NCBI GenBank assembly: GCA_018238545.1
Contig: JABCTC010000007.1
Coordinates: 1 to 64,000, forward strand
Source of the DNA: Candidatus Heimdallarchaeota archaeon
GTDB lineage: Archaea; Asgardarchaeota; Heimdallarchaeia; Heimdallarchaeales; Heimdallarchaeaceae
Direction of reading: 5' to 3'
DNA: 64,000 nucleotides
In this document: piece after piece, positions 28,501 to 38,345 of the stretch
Numbering within the stretch: the stretch's first letter is position 1
How the letters are laid out: each line of letters opens with the position of its first letter
The notes under the pieces: model-generated
The model's database searches: none
Seen by the model: the letters and a program-made list of their open reading frames with translations, nothing else
What the model was told of the DNA's origin: nothing
Made by a program: the position numbers and the translations under genes

Positions 28501-29364
28501 TTACAAATCTTCCAGCTTTTTCAAAGCTTTGAGCAGCTCTGCTTTATCTCCACTTACAGCCTCTCCAAATAATTCAGCAGATTTTCCTTCTTCAAGAGGT
28601 TTCGCTTCTTCAGTTTTTGGTGCTGGAGGTTGAATACCCGTTTCTGGTTGAATTGCTTCTTCTGCCGACGGTGGTGTAGGAATTGTCCCTGATACTTGTT
28701 TTGAAATGGGACTAACATCTCTTTCTACAGCTTCAGTAATATGAGATGCTGGAGTAGTCGCAGGTGCAGGCACCTCAACCACAGGTGTTGGAACTCCAAT
28801 AGTACCTTCTGGTTCGGGTGTTGGTTCGGGTGTAGGTCCTGGTTCGGGTGTTGGAATTGCACTTGGTGTTGGTATTGACGGCATATCTCTGGTTGGTTGA
28901 GTAGCAACACTTTCCTCTTTCACTATTGGTTCCTCGACTTCTTTCAAAGTTTCAATTATCTCTGGAACAGGTACTGGTGTTGGAGGTGCTTCTGTAATAA
29001 CAGATTCAATTTCTTCCCTGGCTTCTGGTTCGGGTGTTGAAAGTGTTTCCACGGGTTCGGGTGTTGGAAGTGTTTCTACTGCTTCACCTTTGACGGTTTC
29101 AATAAACAATAGTCTCTCATTCAATGTATCCAATCGTTTTTCTAATGTTTCTGTTCTTGCCATTATATCAGAACTGATTGTTCCTGAAGGAGTTGTTGGA
29201 ACAGATCCACTGGAAGATTCTAGCTTATCTAACCTTTCTTTCAAGGTTACGACAACATTATCATAATCTTTGAATCTCTCTTGTACAGCTGCAACTATGC
29301 TTTCAACCATGTTTTTCAGCATATTCACAGAATTAACTAGTGACTTTAAATCTTCTTTTGGCAT
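28501..29364 (-). CDS. Coiled-coil plus Pro/Glu/Thr-rich disordered protein with C-terminal amphipathic helix
   Basis: Heptad N-terminus, PTPEP repeats, terminal KAELLKALKKLEDL. Confidence 0.75.
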   Translation of the reverse strand: MPKEDLKSLVNSVNMLKNMVESIVAAVQERFKDYDNVVVTLKERLDKLESSSGSVPTTPSGTISSDIMARTETLEKRLDTLNERLLFIETVKGEAVETLPTPEPVETLSTPEPEAREEIESVITEAPPTPVPVPEIIETLKEVEEPIVKEESVATQPTRDMPSIPTPSAIPTPEPGPTPEPTPEPEGTIGVPTPVVEVPAPATTPASHITEAVERDVSPISKQVSGTIPTPPSAEEAIQPETGIQPPAPKTEEAKPLEEGKSAELFGEAVSGDKAELLKALKKLEDL

Positions 29365-29473
29365 CTTGAATCTACAAACTACTATTATACTATATACATA
29401 TAAAATAATTGCTAAAGGCTAGAATGAAGTTTTCTGTTACGAAGTTAGAGATTGAAGAAAAAAGAAAGGAAAA

Positions 29474-31465
29474 TCAAAAAACAATATATCCAAGATACTC
29501 AAGCAAAAGCAAGAAATCCTCAAGGATTTGAAATTCTATTATTTTCCAATTTATCAAGCTTAGTAATGTAAGTATATCGAGTTTTGTATTTTTACTATCT
29601 ATCAAATTAGTGATTTCAAGAATAAATCCTCCATATGCCCCTGCTGATTTTGTAAAGAATTCTTTCAGTTTTGTTAATTGTTTATCAGATATCTGTGATG
29701 ATTTTTTCAATCTAAAGCTTGAGCTCATAGTTTCATATAGTTTTGAGCTATTAATTGGTCCCTTCCATTTCCTTTTTGGTATCTGTTGAAATGTATCGTC
29801 ATACTCTGATTCTATATCTTGATTAAGAACCTCATAGAAATACTCTTGAATATTACCTACAAGTGACTTTAAATCATTATTGAGAAAATCGATTGCCTTT
29901 CTATCTGAGAATTGAAAATGTTTCTGCATTAATTTAATAGATTTATTCTCATTTTCAACGAATTTTTTGATAATTTCCATAATAATATGTTTATAAACCA
30001 TTTTCTCCTTTTTTTGGAACCTTTCAATTTTTTCGGCTTCTGTTGAGACCATATTTATGAGTTTAGCTTTTCTTTTTTGATATCCAGTGATATAAGCTTT
30101 TACTATAATGTCTGAATACTTATCCAAACTAGATCCAATAATGGTTGTTGCTAAAGTAGTAATTCCAACTCTTTTCAATGTAGTCTGATCAACTTTTTCA
30201 ATTGTATCTAAATTAGTATGATGAAAAGTATCTGGGTGACCAAACATTACAGATGGGATACGGAATGGCTCATCATTGAAAAGAATATGATCAGATCCCC
30301 CCGAGTATGGAACAATTCTGTAATTCCATGGAAATTGCCAACCGCCCTGTTCAATTGCTGCAAGATTGTCCTTAACGTGTCCTATTACCTCTGTAATGAT
30401 ATCATTTAGATAAGAGGGCGTTGAAATACTTGACTGGTTAAATGTAAAAGGATAACCTACATGAACAGGATGCTCTCCAACCATATCTAGATTAATACAG
30501 AACATTGGGGAAAATCCCTCTTCCTTCTCCTTTTCTATAATCCAAGGTAAGGTGCCGCTGAATTCTGGTACCCATAAGAATCTAATTGTTCTATGAGGTT
30601 TTTCTACTATCCCTTTATCTATCATAGATTTTAGTGTTCTATATACTTCGAACAAAAGAGCACTACCTGAAGCATTATCATTAGCCGAAGGTGCTGGATG
30701 GCAAATATGAGCTATCAAAATAATTTCTTCCTTGGTTTTTTTAGTTCCTTCTATTTTGGTCGACAAAACATGCATGTTTCCCTCATAGAGGTTTGCCTTG
30801 ATTTTTGCTTTAACAATAACTTTTTTCTTTTGATTGATTTGCAAAATCAATTTACTGGCTTGCCTTCTCGAAAGAGAAAATCCAAAAGTAGATATTTCCT
30901 TGTTATCAGCATTTGGCCATAACCCAACATATTGTATCATTTCAGAATGCCCTTGGGCTCTTTCTTCTGTAGGATAAGCAATAACACCAATCGCTCCTAG
31001 TTCCTTTAACTGATCTATCATCGCTCGAGGTCGTCCAGTTGTGAGAACTATTTTTCCACCAATTTCCTTACCTTGAACCTCCTCTGGTTTTGCACTTCCA
31101 ATGTGGATAACTTCTCCCTCAAAGTCAACATCCTTTGAATGAGTGCATATGCTTTCAGGAGTTTCAGAAAATCGGCATAAAATCTGCTTCTCTGGTTCTA
31201 ATTGTATTAATTCTCCATCTTCAATATCCCAAGAGAGTGGTGCATGCCATTCATAATATCTCTTAGTGCCATCAGCAACATATTCATGAATTTGACATTT
31301 ATTATCCCCTAGCTCCTCTAGTTTATTATAAATCAATTTAGAAGCTACTAAAAACTCTTTACTTGCTTGGATTCTATGATATTGAGATAATATTCCTGTT
31401 AGTCGTTTTGTTCTCTCTCCCGACAATTCTTTTGTGATAATTGTGATTAGTTTTTCTAAACTCAT
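29474..31465 (-). CDS. M28-family peptidase with PA domain (DUF4910-like)
   Basis: AHICH, ANDNASG, PE, NLDMVG, GGSDH, HHTNLD. Confidence 0.85.
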   Translation of the reverse strand: MSLEKLITIITKELSGERTKRLTGILSQYHRIQASKEFLVASKLIYNKLEELGDNKCQIHEYVADGTKRYYEWHAPLSWDIEDGELIQLEPEKQILCRFSETPESICTHSKDVDFEGEVIHIGSAKPEEVQGKEIGGKIVLTTGRPRAMIDQLKELGAIGVIAYPTEERAQGHSEMIQYVGLWPNADNKEISTFGFSLSRRQASKLILQINQKKKVIVKAKIKANLYEGNMHVLSTKIEGTKKTKEEIILIAHICHPAPSANDNASGSALLFEVYRTLKSMIDKGIVEKPHRTIRFLWVPEFSGTLPWIIEKEKEEGFSPMFCINLDMVGEHPVHVGYPFTFNQSSISTPSYLNDIITEVIGHVKDNLAAIEQGGWQFPWNYRIVPYSGGSDHILFNDEPFRIPSVMFGHPDTFHHTNLDTIEKVDQTTLKRVGITTLATTIIGSSLDKYSDIIVKAYITGYQKRKAKLINMVSTEAEKIERFQKKEKMVYKHIIMEIIKKFVENENKSIKLMQKHFQFSDRKAIDFLNNDLKSLVGNIQEYFYEVLNQDIESEYDDTFQQIPKRKWKGPINSSKLYETMSSSFRLKKSSQISDKQLTKLKEFFTKSAGAYGGFILEITNLIDSKNTKLDILTLLSLINWKIIEFQILEDFLLLLEYLGYIVF

Positions 31466-31574
31466 ATAACAAAGTTAAACCCTCTCATTTTATCTTTTTT
31501 GGATAATCGTGCCGAGTTTTCAATTTTGTCAAATTCTGGCAATGCCAGATATGAACTTCATTAATAAAACAGAA

Positions 31575-31850
31575 CTACTGATTTGCATTTTCTGTCATTG
31601 AAATAATTTGAAGTGATAGGTTTATCCATTTCATGAACGAGTTAATCGAAGCTCTAGCTGATACAGAATCCTTAGCATTTATCTCCAAAATTAAACGATT
31701 ATTATCAAGTGTCAAATTAGCTTGCGATCTATCGTTGGGATTATATCCTGACTCTAATACAAGAGACTCATAAAGCAAATTACATGTCTGACTATCAGAC
31801 ACCTGAATTTCCACTGTTATATTAATTGAATTTATTGACTGAAGACTCAT
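31575..31850 (-). CDS. pcc1: KEOPS Pcc1-family subunit (exosome-cluster paralogue)
   Basis: LYESL, RSQANL, LEINAKDSVSARASINSFMKWI; follows Brix gene. Confidence 0.8.
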   Translation of the reverse strand: MSLQSINSINITVEIQVSDSQTCNLLYESLVLESGYNPNDRSQANLTLDNNRLILEINAKDSVSARASINSFMKWINLSLQIISMTENANQ

Positions 31851-31877
31851 TAATCTCTCACATTTACAATAGTGATG

Positions 31878-32426
31878 TCATTCTACGTCTCTCGGAACAA
31901 TTCTTATTTTCATCCTAGGACCTACTTGTTTGTTATTATTGTCCAGAAATTCAAGAAAAATTAAACCTTCGTCTCGATCAAGATAATCAGCATATAGGGT
32001 TACATAACTTTTTCCTTTAATCTCCCCAATACTTATATTTGTGATTCGAAAAACCTTCCTAAGAATATCATTCTCAATTAAATTTTCTAAAGAAGAGATG
32101 AGTATTGAAAAAGCTGGTCTCGATTTGCTGCTCTCTTTTCTATATTCTCTGGAAAGTGTTAACCCTCTGATTTTTATGGCAAATGGTAATTCTTTAGGCT
32201 TGTCAGTTAAATCATAAATTCTAATAAAATTCGGGTTTCCTTTAACAGAGTGAACTATAACGGCGGTCTCATATCCTTTCATTTTCATTGCATTAATCGT
32301 GTAAACCAGAGTAGCTGACCCTCTTGCTACTCTTGAAGACTGAGGGACAACGCTAACTATGTCATGTATAAATGAACGAGTTTTATTTGCAGGGGAACGT
32401 GATGTAGTGAAACCGATCTTTGTCAT
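31878..32426 (-). CDS. Brix-domain ribosome biogenesis protein (Imp4-like)
   Basis: TTSRSPANKTRSF, RG, KGNP; conserved position. Confidence 0.85.
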   Translation of the reverse strand: MTKIGFTTSRSPANKTRSFIHDIVSVVPQSSRVARGSATLVYTINAMKMKGYETAVIVHSVKGNPNFIRIYDLTDKPKELPFAIKIRGLTLSREYRKESSKSRPAFSILISSLENLIENDILRKVFRITNISIGEIKGKSYVTLYADYLDRDEGLIFLEFLDNNNKQVGPRMKIRIVPRDVE

Positions 32427-32502
32427 TTGAGAAAAAAAAGTACATAGTAATTAAAAGGTAAACGTTGTAAACAAAAATAAAATAGTAAAAGTAAGAAAGA
32501 GT

Positions 32503-32784
32503 TTAGAAGTCTTCTTTTAATGCTTCAGAAATACGAGTAACTCTTCTTGTGATACTTCTTCCAGCACTTGTGTTTGGTTCCCAGGCTCCACCTGCAAATT
32601 TTTCTCCACACTTGGTGCACTCCCAGATCCCTAAACCTGCTCTTTTTAGAGCCTTCATATTACATACTGGGCATTTATAGATGGCTTTGCTTTTTTCCTC
32701 TAATTGTCTTACTCTTTTTCTAATAGTACTACCATATCGAGCACCATATCGTCCAGTTGAACCCACTTTTTTTGTTTTACCCAT
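32503..32784 (-). CDS. rpl37ae: 50S ribosomal protein L37Ae (eL43)
   Basis: GRYGARYG, CPVC, GIWECTKC, AGGAW. Confidence 0.97.
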   Translation of the reverse strand: MGKTKKVGSTGRYGARYGSTIRKRVRQLEEKSKAIYKCPVCNMKALKRAGLGIWECTKCGEKFAGGAWEPNTSAGRSITRRVTRISEALKEDF

Positions 32785-32800
32785 GATTCGCACCTTCTAT

Positions 32801-33610
32801 TTACGAGAGCGATTTCATCAGCTCTTTCCTTAAAGCTTTCGATACATTCAAAGATTCACGGACTATTTCCATAATCTCTGCAGGTTTGTAAGTTCCTTGA
32901 TCTCCTTTCTGTAAAGCTACGATTCTATCTTCTTCATCAAAACCAATTGTGATTCTTGAATCACTTACACGATCTTCTTTGAAATTTGGATCATAAATTT
33001 TGTACTTATCAATTTTGTAGCAGGTTACAGCAACGGGATAATGATTTATCTTTAGTGGTTCTTTTTCTTCTAATTTCTCTATTGAACCATCTTCAAGAAC
33101 TTTTACTTTTGGTATTTTTGTTGTTGCCAAAGCGGCCATTGCACCTAATGCAGCTGCATCGAATAAATTACCATCATGATTTAATACGTAGAAGTCGATG
33201 AAAAGAATCCACACATGTTTTTCAGGAACTACACATAATTTTGACAAATCAATACAATGTGATTCTCTTATAGTTCTATCAGTAACTCTAGCTAATTCAA
33301 TGGCTGCATTGCTTGGAGGTCCACTTTCAAAGTAAGGTGAAGCTATTGGTGAAAGTTCAGCGCCAGTTGTTATTACTCCACTTTCAGGAGAATCTGGATA
33401 TGGAGTTCCTAATATAGCTTTGACTCCAACAATGATTTTGGTATTTCCGATAGTTATTACTGCTGAACCCTCTGCTTTTTCTACAAAGTTTGTTTCGATT
33501 TTTATTTCTCGAAAACCATCTAATGTTCTTCCATCTATTCTTTTCTTTTGCTCAAGCAATGAAAGGATGTGGTCTTTTTCTATTTCATTGATTATGTATT
33601 TGTCACCCAT
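32801..33610 (-). CDS. rrp42: Exosome subunit Rrp42
   Basis: RIDGR, KAEGSA, PYPDSP, ELARVTDR, DGNLFDA. Confidence 0.95.
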   Translation of the reverse strand: MGDKYIINEIEKDHILSLLEQKKRIDGRTLDGFREIKIETNFVEKAEGSAVITIGNTKIIVGVKAILGTPYPDSPESGVITTGAELSPIASPYFESGPPSNAAIELARVTDRTIRESHCIDLSKLCVVPEKHVWILFIDFYVLNHDGNLFDAAALGAMAALATTKIPKVKVLEDGSIEKLEEKEPLKINHYPVAVTCYKIDKYKIYDPNFKEDRVSDSRITIGFDEEDRIVALQKGDQGTYKPAEIMEIVRESLNVSKALRKELMKSLS

Positions 33611-33611
33611 T

Positions 33612-34490
33612 TTATTCGACCTCTTTTTTATCATCTTTGCTAGGTTTTGGTTCCTCAGTTTTAGGTTTCTCAACTTTCAATACTGGTTTGGGAGCAACCT
33701 TTGGTTCCTCTTTTGGTTCCTCTTTTGGTTCCTCAGTTTTGGGTTTCACGGGAACTTCTACTTCCGCGCGTATGTCTGTATATTTTTGCTTAAGAGCATC
33801 TCTTTGTATTTCATAAAGATCCTTAGCTCCCTTTATTGCAATGTTTAAACAGTCTTCAAATTGTTTAACAGTAAACACACCATCTAATTGAAGAAGAGAG
33901 ATTTCATCTAGTACAGGACAATATCCAAGGGGCAAATCACCTGACCCCTTCTGATCTTCGACATCAAATAGATCAAGAACAGCTTTATCATTGATTAAAC
34001 CAGCTGCTACAGAAGCTATCAATCCCCTCATAGGAATGCCAGCATCAGCTAAGGCTACAGAAGCAGCTGTTAAGCTTGCAGTTCGAGTTCCTCCATCAGC
34101 TTGCAACACTTGCAAGTATACATCAATTGTTGTTCTTGGGTATTTTTCTGTCAGAACAACAGATGCTAATGAATTACTGATAACCATAGAAATTTCTTTT
34201 TCTCTCCTTGAGGGAGCTGGACTTTTCCTGTCACTTACTGAAAATGTAGACATTCTATAAAAACACTGAATTAATGCTCTATCTGCAAGTGCTCTGTGTT
34301 TTGGATGTAATTCCCTTGGTCCATAAACTGCAGCGATAATGATGTTTTTACCCATTCGTATCTCTGCTGAACCATCTGCGTTTTTAATAACACCAATCTT
34401 AATATTTACTGGACGTAACTCATCTACTTTGCGTCCATCTAATCTTATTCCTTTCTCATCTATGAGTTTTACACTTCCGTCTCCGGCCAT
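33612..34490 (-). CDS. rrp41: Exosome subunit Rrp41 with PEK-rich C-terminal tail
   Basis: RLDGR, ADGSA, YGPRE, QADGGTR, LLQLDG; tail EPKEEPKEEPK. Confidence 0.95.
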   Translation of the reverse strand: MAGDGSVKLIDEKGIRLDGRKVDELRPVNIKIGVIKNADGSAEIRMGKNIIIAAVYGPRELHPKHRALADRALIQCFYRMSTFSVSDRKSPAPSRREKEISMVISNSLASVVLTEKYPRTTIDVYLQVLQADGGTRTASLTAASVALADAGIPMRGLIASVAAGLINDKAVLDLFDVEDQKGSGDLPLGYCPVLDEISLLQLDGVFTVKQFEDCLNIAIKGAKDLYEIQRDALKQKYTDIRAEVEVPVKPKTEEPKEEPKEEPKVAPKPVLKVEKPKTEEPKPSKDDKKEVE

Positions 34491-34506
34491 TATAATCACC
34501 TTAAAT

Positions 34507-35196
34507 TTATTGTTGATCCTCTGATATCATATCACGAATTCTATCAGTCAAACCTTGTGTATGAGCCTCTAACTCAATTCTTGTTATCGCTTGAATTGCT
34601 TTCAATTCATCTTCTATCTTCTTTCCATTAACCCATATTTTCCCGTTTTGACCAGTTATTATCTGGGTTCTAGTCAATCTTTTTATCATATTGATCATAG
34701 TACCCTTTTTGCCAATAACACGGGGAATGTGAGAGGCCTCTATTTGAATCAATCGTCCGCCTCTAAGTTTTCCTAATCCTCTTTCATTTGTGATTAGCAT
34801 GGGATCTCTTGTTCTATCAAAACTCGCAATTTTTGTGAGAATTATATCCCCTAAACTGAAAATTTTTCTGGCGTCATCATTAATTGGATCGAAGCGTTTT
34901 TCTGTTGCATTATTGGCACTAAGTATCGCTGTATATGGCGAACCTATGTCCACTATCCAACTCGTTAAGCCAACTTCTGTGACTTTTCCTATAACTAAAT
35001 CACCAGGTCGAGGGAGATATTTCCCTCTGAGTGCTTTAACTTGGATAAAATCACCTTTATCCTGAAATAAACCAACTACTGAGGAATAATATTCGCCATT
35101 TCTTTTGACAATTCCTTCTCCATAATTAATTGGTCCTTCAGCTAAAAGATCACCTGGTATAACTATTGCATGATTTTTTGCTATAACTTTAGACAT
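34507..35196 (-). CDS. rrp4: Exosome cap subunit Rrp4
   Basis: VIPGD, YLPRPGDLVIG (S1), PRVIGKKG (KH), GQNG, AHTQGLTD. Confidence 0.95.
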   Translation of the reverse strand: MSKVIAKNHAIVIPGDLLAEGPINYGEGIVKRNGEYYSSVVGLFQDKGDFIQVKALRGKYLPRPGDLVIGKVTEVGLTSWIVDIGSPYTAILSANNATEKRFDPINDDARKIFSLGDIILTKIASFDRTRDPMLITNERGLGKLRGGRLIQIEASHIPRVIGKKGTMINMIKRLTRTQIITGQNGKIWVNGKKIEDELKAIQAITRIELEAHTQGLTDRIRDMISEDQQ

Positions 35197-35218
35197 GTTA
35201 TGTCACCGTTTTGTTTCT

Positions 35219-35977
35219 CTATTCCGACATTCTCTCCAAAACTTTAATTTGAGCCTTTCCTTTTGTTCTAGATGTAATTTGCTCTAAGAAATCAGCTTGA
35301 GTTCCTGAAGGGATATTAACAACAACAGCTAAACTACCGTCAGATAACCATTCTTCTTGAACAAGATTTCCAGCAGAAATTAAGAAACCATATAGGGCTC
35401 CAGTATAACTTGGAGGAATCTTTACAGCTAATTTTACTGATTCAAGCCTAATTGGCATAATTGGTTTCAATAAGTCAATGACTTCTAATGCCTGACTTTT
35501 TACATCATCTTTGTAAGAAATATTGACACCTAAATCTAGAATTGCATTCTCAATTCTGTCTTTTGGAATTGGTGTATTTTCACGTGGGTTAATACAGTGA
35601 ATGTGAATAAAATTTACTATCTCAATTCTCTTCTCTTTTTGAATCTCATTTCGTTGGCTTATTGTAAGCTGTAATTTGCCTTCTTTTAGAATCTTAATAG
35701 CTGTTTCTCTCTCGGTTAATCCTTCGAAAGCTACATTCAAGTCATCTTGTGTAGCCTTAACTCCCCGAGAAATGTTCTCATAGACAATATAAACTTCAAA
35801 GATATCATCTATTTCAACCTCTTCACCTTGGATAAATAACCAGGCGGGTTCAGGATTAACAAGTAATTCATAACGCCTCCCATGTTTTTCATATCGGACA
35901 ATAGATTTACCTTTTAAATCAATACGTCTATCTATTGTTACTCCTCTGAAATCTTTGCTCATCTTAATCACACTCAA
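35219..35977 (-). CDS. Ribosome maturation factor SBDS/Sdo1
   Basis: GRRYELLV, ILKEGKLQLT, NP...P..RIENA, EEWLSDGS. Confidence 0.93.
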   Translation of the reverse strand: MSVIKMSKDFRGVTIDRRIDLKGKSIVRYEKHGRRYELLVNPEPAWLFIQGEEVEIDDIFEVYIVYENISRGVKATQDDLNVAFEGLTERETAIKILKEGKLQLTISQRNEIQKEKRIEIVNFIHIHCINPRENTPIPKDRIENAILDLGVNISYKDDVKSQALEVIDLLKPIMPIRLESVKLAVKIPPSYTGALYGFLISAGNLVQEEWLSDGSLAVVVNIPSGTQADFLEQITSRTKGKAQIKVLERMSE

Positions 35978-36101
35978 GTGTCGGAGTATTGTTTTTAACT
36001 TTTGAAAAAAGTAAAAGACCAGATTTATAAGACTTTTTAAGAAGGAGAATAAAGTATCATCTGTAGAAACAAGAATCTTATCTGATTTTTTGGGTGATTA
36101 T

Positions 36102-36641
36102 ATGACAAATCTTCTTGTGACAGGAGCTCCAAGAGCAGGAAAAACCACTCTTATTTCAACAGTAATATCAAAACTCAATTTTGGTGTGGTTGGTTTCATT
36201 ACAACTGAAATAAGAGAAAATAACATTAGAACGGGTTTTACAATTGAAACCTATTCTGGTATTAAGAAAACCCTAGCTTCTAAGAAAAATCTAGAAAGCA
36301 AGTATAGGGTGGGAAGGTATGGTGTTTATTTAGATAATCTAAACTCCATAGTTAGCACACTAGAAAAGGAAATAAATGATAATATGCCAAAATTGGTTGT
36401 TATTGATGAGATTGGGAAAATGGAACTTTTTTCACTTTCCTTCAGGGAATTTGTTATGAAAGCTCTCAATCAGAACAAAGTTTTTGGAACTATTATGCTT
36501 AGGGATAACGATTTTACAAAAAAAATCAAACTAAGAAGCGATACAAAGGTTTTCGAAATTAATCTGCAAAACAGAGAAAATATCATGAATAAAATAGAGG
36601 AGTTAGTTAGATGCCAGAAGGACCAGAAGTTGAATGTGTAA
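36102..36641 (+). CDS. THEP1/NTPase_1 family nucleoside triphosphatase
   Basis: TGAPRAGKTT, GFITTEIRE, VGRYGV, IDEIGKMEL. Confidence 0.92.
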   Translation: MTNLLVTGAPRAGKTTLISTVISKLNFGVVGFITTEIRENNIRTGFTIETYSGIKKTLASKKNLESKYRVGRYGVYLDNLNSIVSTLEKEINDNMPKLVVIDEIGKMELFSLSFREFVMKALNQNKVFGTIMLRDNDFTKKIKLRSDTKVFEINLQNRENIMNKIEELVRCQKDQKLNV

Positions 36642-37453
36642 GGCGTTCATTGAAATCAATAATTGGGAAAAAATTACAAAGAATCCACTTAACTGAACTC
36701 TCCCAGAAATATCATAAATATCAAAACAAACAAACTCAGTTTAATCAATTTAGTGGGCATCAAATAAAGAAAATTGAAAGAATTGGAAAGTTTCTTATTT
36801 TTAAGTTTGATAGGAAAGAAGTTATTTTGAACCATCTAGGAATGTCTGGCAACTGGCTTCTATTAAAAGAGAAAGATCAGATTTTACCTTCACACTCGAA
36901 GGTGTTAATAGAATTTGAAACGTTACCAAACGTTGTTTTTTATGATATGAGAAATTTAGGTCAGTTCAAAATATATGAAAGTTATAACTCTGTGCTTAAG
37001 CATCAACCAATTCGTAAAATGGGTATAGATGGACTGTTGAGTACTTTTCCTATGGATGAATTTCTTCTAAGAATAGATAAGAGAAATTATGCAAACCGAG
37101 AGATAGGTTCTGTTCTTCTTGACCAGAAATTGGTAGCAGGCATAGGAAATATATACAAATCAGAATCTTTAGCATTAGCAAACATTAATCCTACAAGACT
37201 AGTAAAAACATTGAAAAATAAAGAGCGAAGAAGACTAGGTCAAGCTATCTCTAAAACACTCCACAAAGCAGTTGAATCCATGGGTAGCACATTTAACTCA
37301 TTTAGAACTCCTGATGGGAGAGAGGGGTCGGCACAGAATTGGCATCAAGTATATGGGAAAAAAGGTGGAAAGTGTAGTAGTTGTGGGAGTGAAATAAGGA
37401 GAGTTGTACAGGACAAAAGAAGTACTTTCTATTGCCCCAATTGTCAGCTGTAA
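36611..37453 (+). CDS. mutM: Fpg/Nei DNA glycosylase-AP lyase
   Basis: N-terminal PEGPEV, GK, HLGMSG, H2TH LLDQ..AGIGNIY, Zn finger CSSC...RSTFYCPNCQ. Confidence 0.92.
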   Translation: MPEGPEVECVRRSLKSIIGKKLQRIHLTELSQKYHKYQNKQTQFNQFSGHQIKKIERIGKFLIFKFDRKEVILNHLGMSGNWLLLKEKDQILPSHSKVLIEFETLPNVVFYDMRNLGQFKIYESYNSVLKHQPIRKMGIDGLLSTFPMDEFLLRIDKRNYANREIGSVLLDQKLVAGIGNIYKSESLALANINPTRLVKTLKNKERRRLGQAISKTLHKAVESMGSTFNSFRTPDGREGSAQNWHQVYGKKGGKCSSCGSEIRRVVQDKRSTFYCPNCQL

Positions 37454-37473
37454 ATTGATGAAATGGATGATTT

Positions 37474-38304
37474 CTAGAGATTAATATTGGCTTTCTTTAG
37501 TTTCCTTAGAATAATTGGCTTAAATATCAGTTTTCTAAGTGCAACTTTTATATAAAGACTTTTTTTGAAGTATTTTGCGACCAACTTATATGAATCAATT
37601 ACGTCCCAAATTGTTGGATGAGCATCTATCTCATTAACTATTATTTTATTATATCCTCTTTTCTTGATATTCTGCAGAATGTAAGTAATCGGTAATACAC
37701 CTGATCCAAAAGAGTAGTGTGAATCTTCACCTTCATTGCAGTCAGAAAAGTGAATTTCTTCTAACTCATTAAATGGCATTTTGTCAAGTAGGTCTAAATA
37801 TGTCTCAGAGCCATTTTGAATATATGAATGAGCTACATCAAATAACCATCCTTTCAGTTGCTCCCCCAAATCTTTCTTCAGTCTATTGTAATAGTTTAGA
37901 AAATCCTCATCTGTTCGACTCATAACATTTTCTACAACTACAGGAATTTTTAGTTGACTGACATTCTTAACTAACGTTTCATATTCACCTTGATGTTCAA
38001 CTGGGTGAAATACAGCAATTATAATGTTTAATTTGTCAACATTTTCATTAACTAATTTAATAACTTCATCAATCTCCTTTTGTTTCTCAGGAAAAGAAAA
38101 ATCATATCCATCTATTTCATCGACAGGAAGATGAAAAGTTGTTATCATATCGCCTACAGCTTCTATTACGCTGTCAAGATTATCAAAATTTACACCTTGT
38201 GGATTTAGCTCGCAAGATTCTATGCCCAAAGTTTTAGCAAATTTGATTAAATGCTCACACTCCAACCCTTTGTGAGTTTGAATTGTTTGACCAATAAGCA
38301 CCAT
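37474..38304 (-). CDS. Sugar-phosphate isomerase/AP endonuclease 2 TIM-barrel protein
   Basis: FHLP, FHP, VEN, FDVAH, IHFSD, H, NE. Confidence 0.8.
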   Translation of the reverse strand: MVLIGQTIQTHKGLECEHLIKFAKTLGIESCELNPQGVNFDNLDSVIEAVGDMITTFHLPVDEIDGYDFSFPEKQKEIDEVIKLVNENVDKLNIIIAVFHPVEHQGEYETLVKNVSQLKIPVVVENVMSRTDEDFLNYYNRLKKDLGEQLKGWLFDVAHSYIQNGSETYLDLLDKMPFNELEEIHFSDCNEGEDSHYSFGSGVLPITYILQNIKKRGYNKIIVNEIDAHPTIWDVIDSYKLVAKYFKKSLYIKVALRKLIFKPIILRKLKKANINL

Positions 38305-38345
38305 ACTTTTTCTATAATGGAGATATATATAAGTTAACCTTCTAA

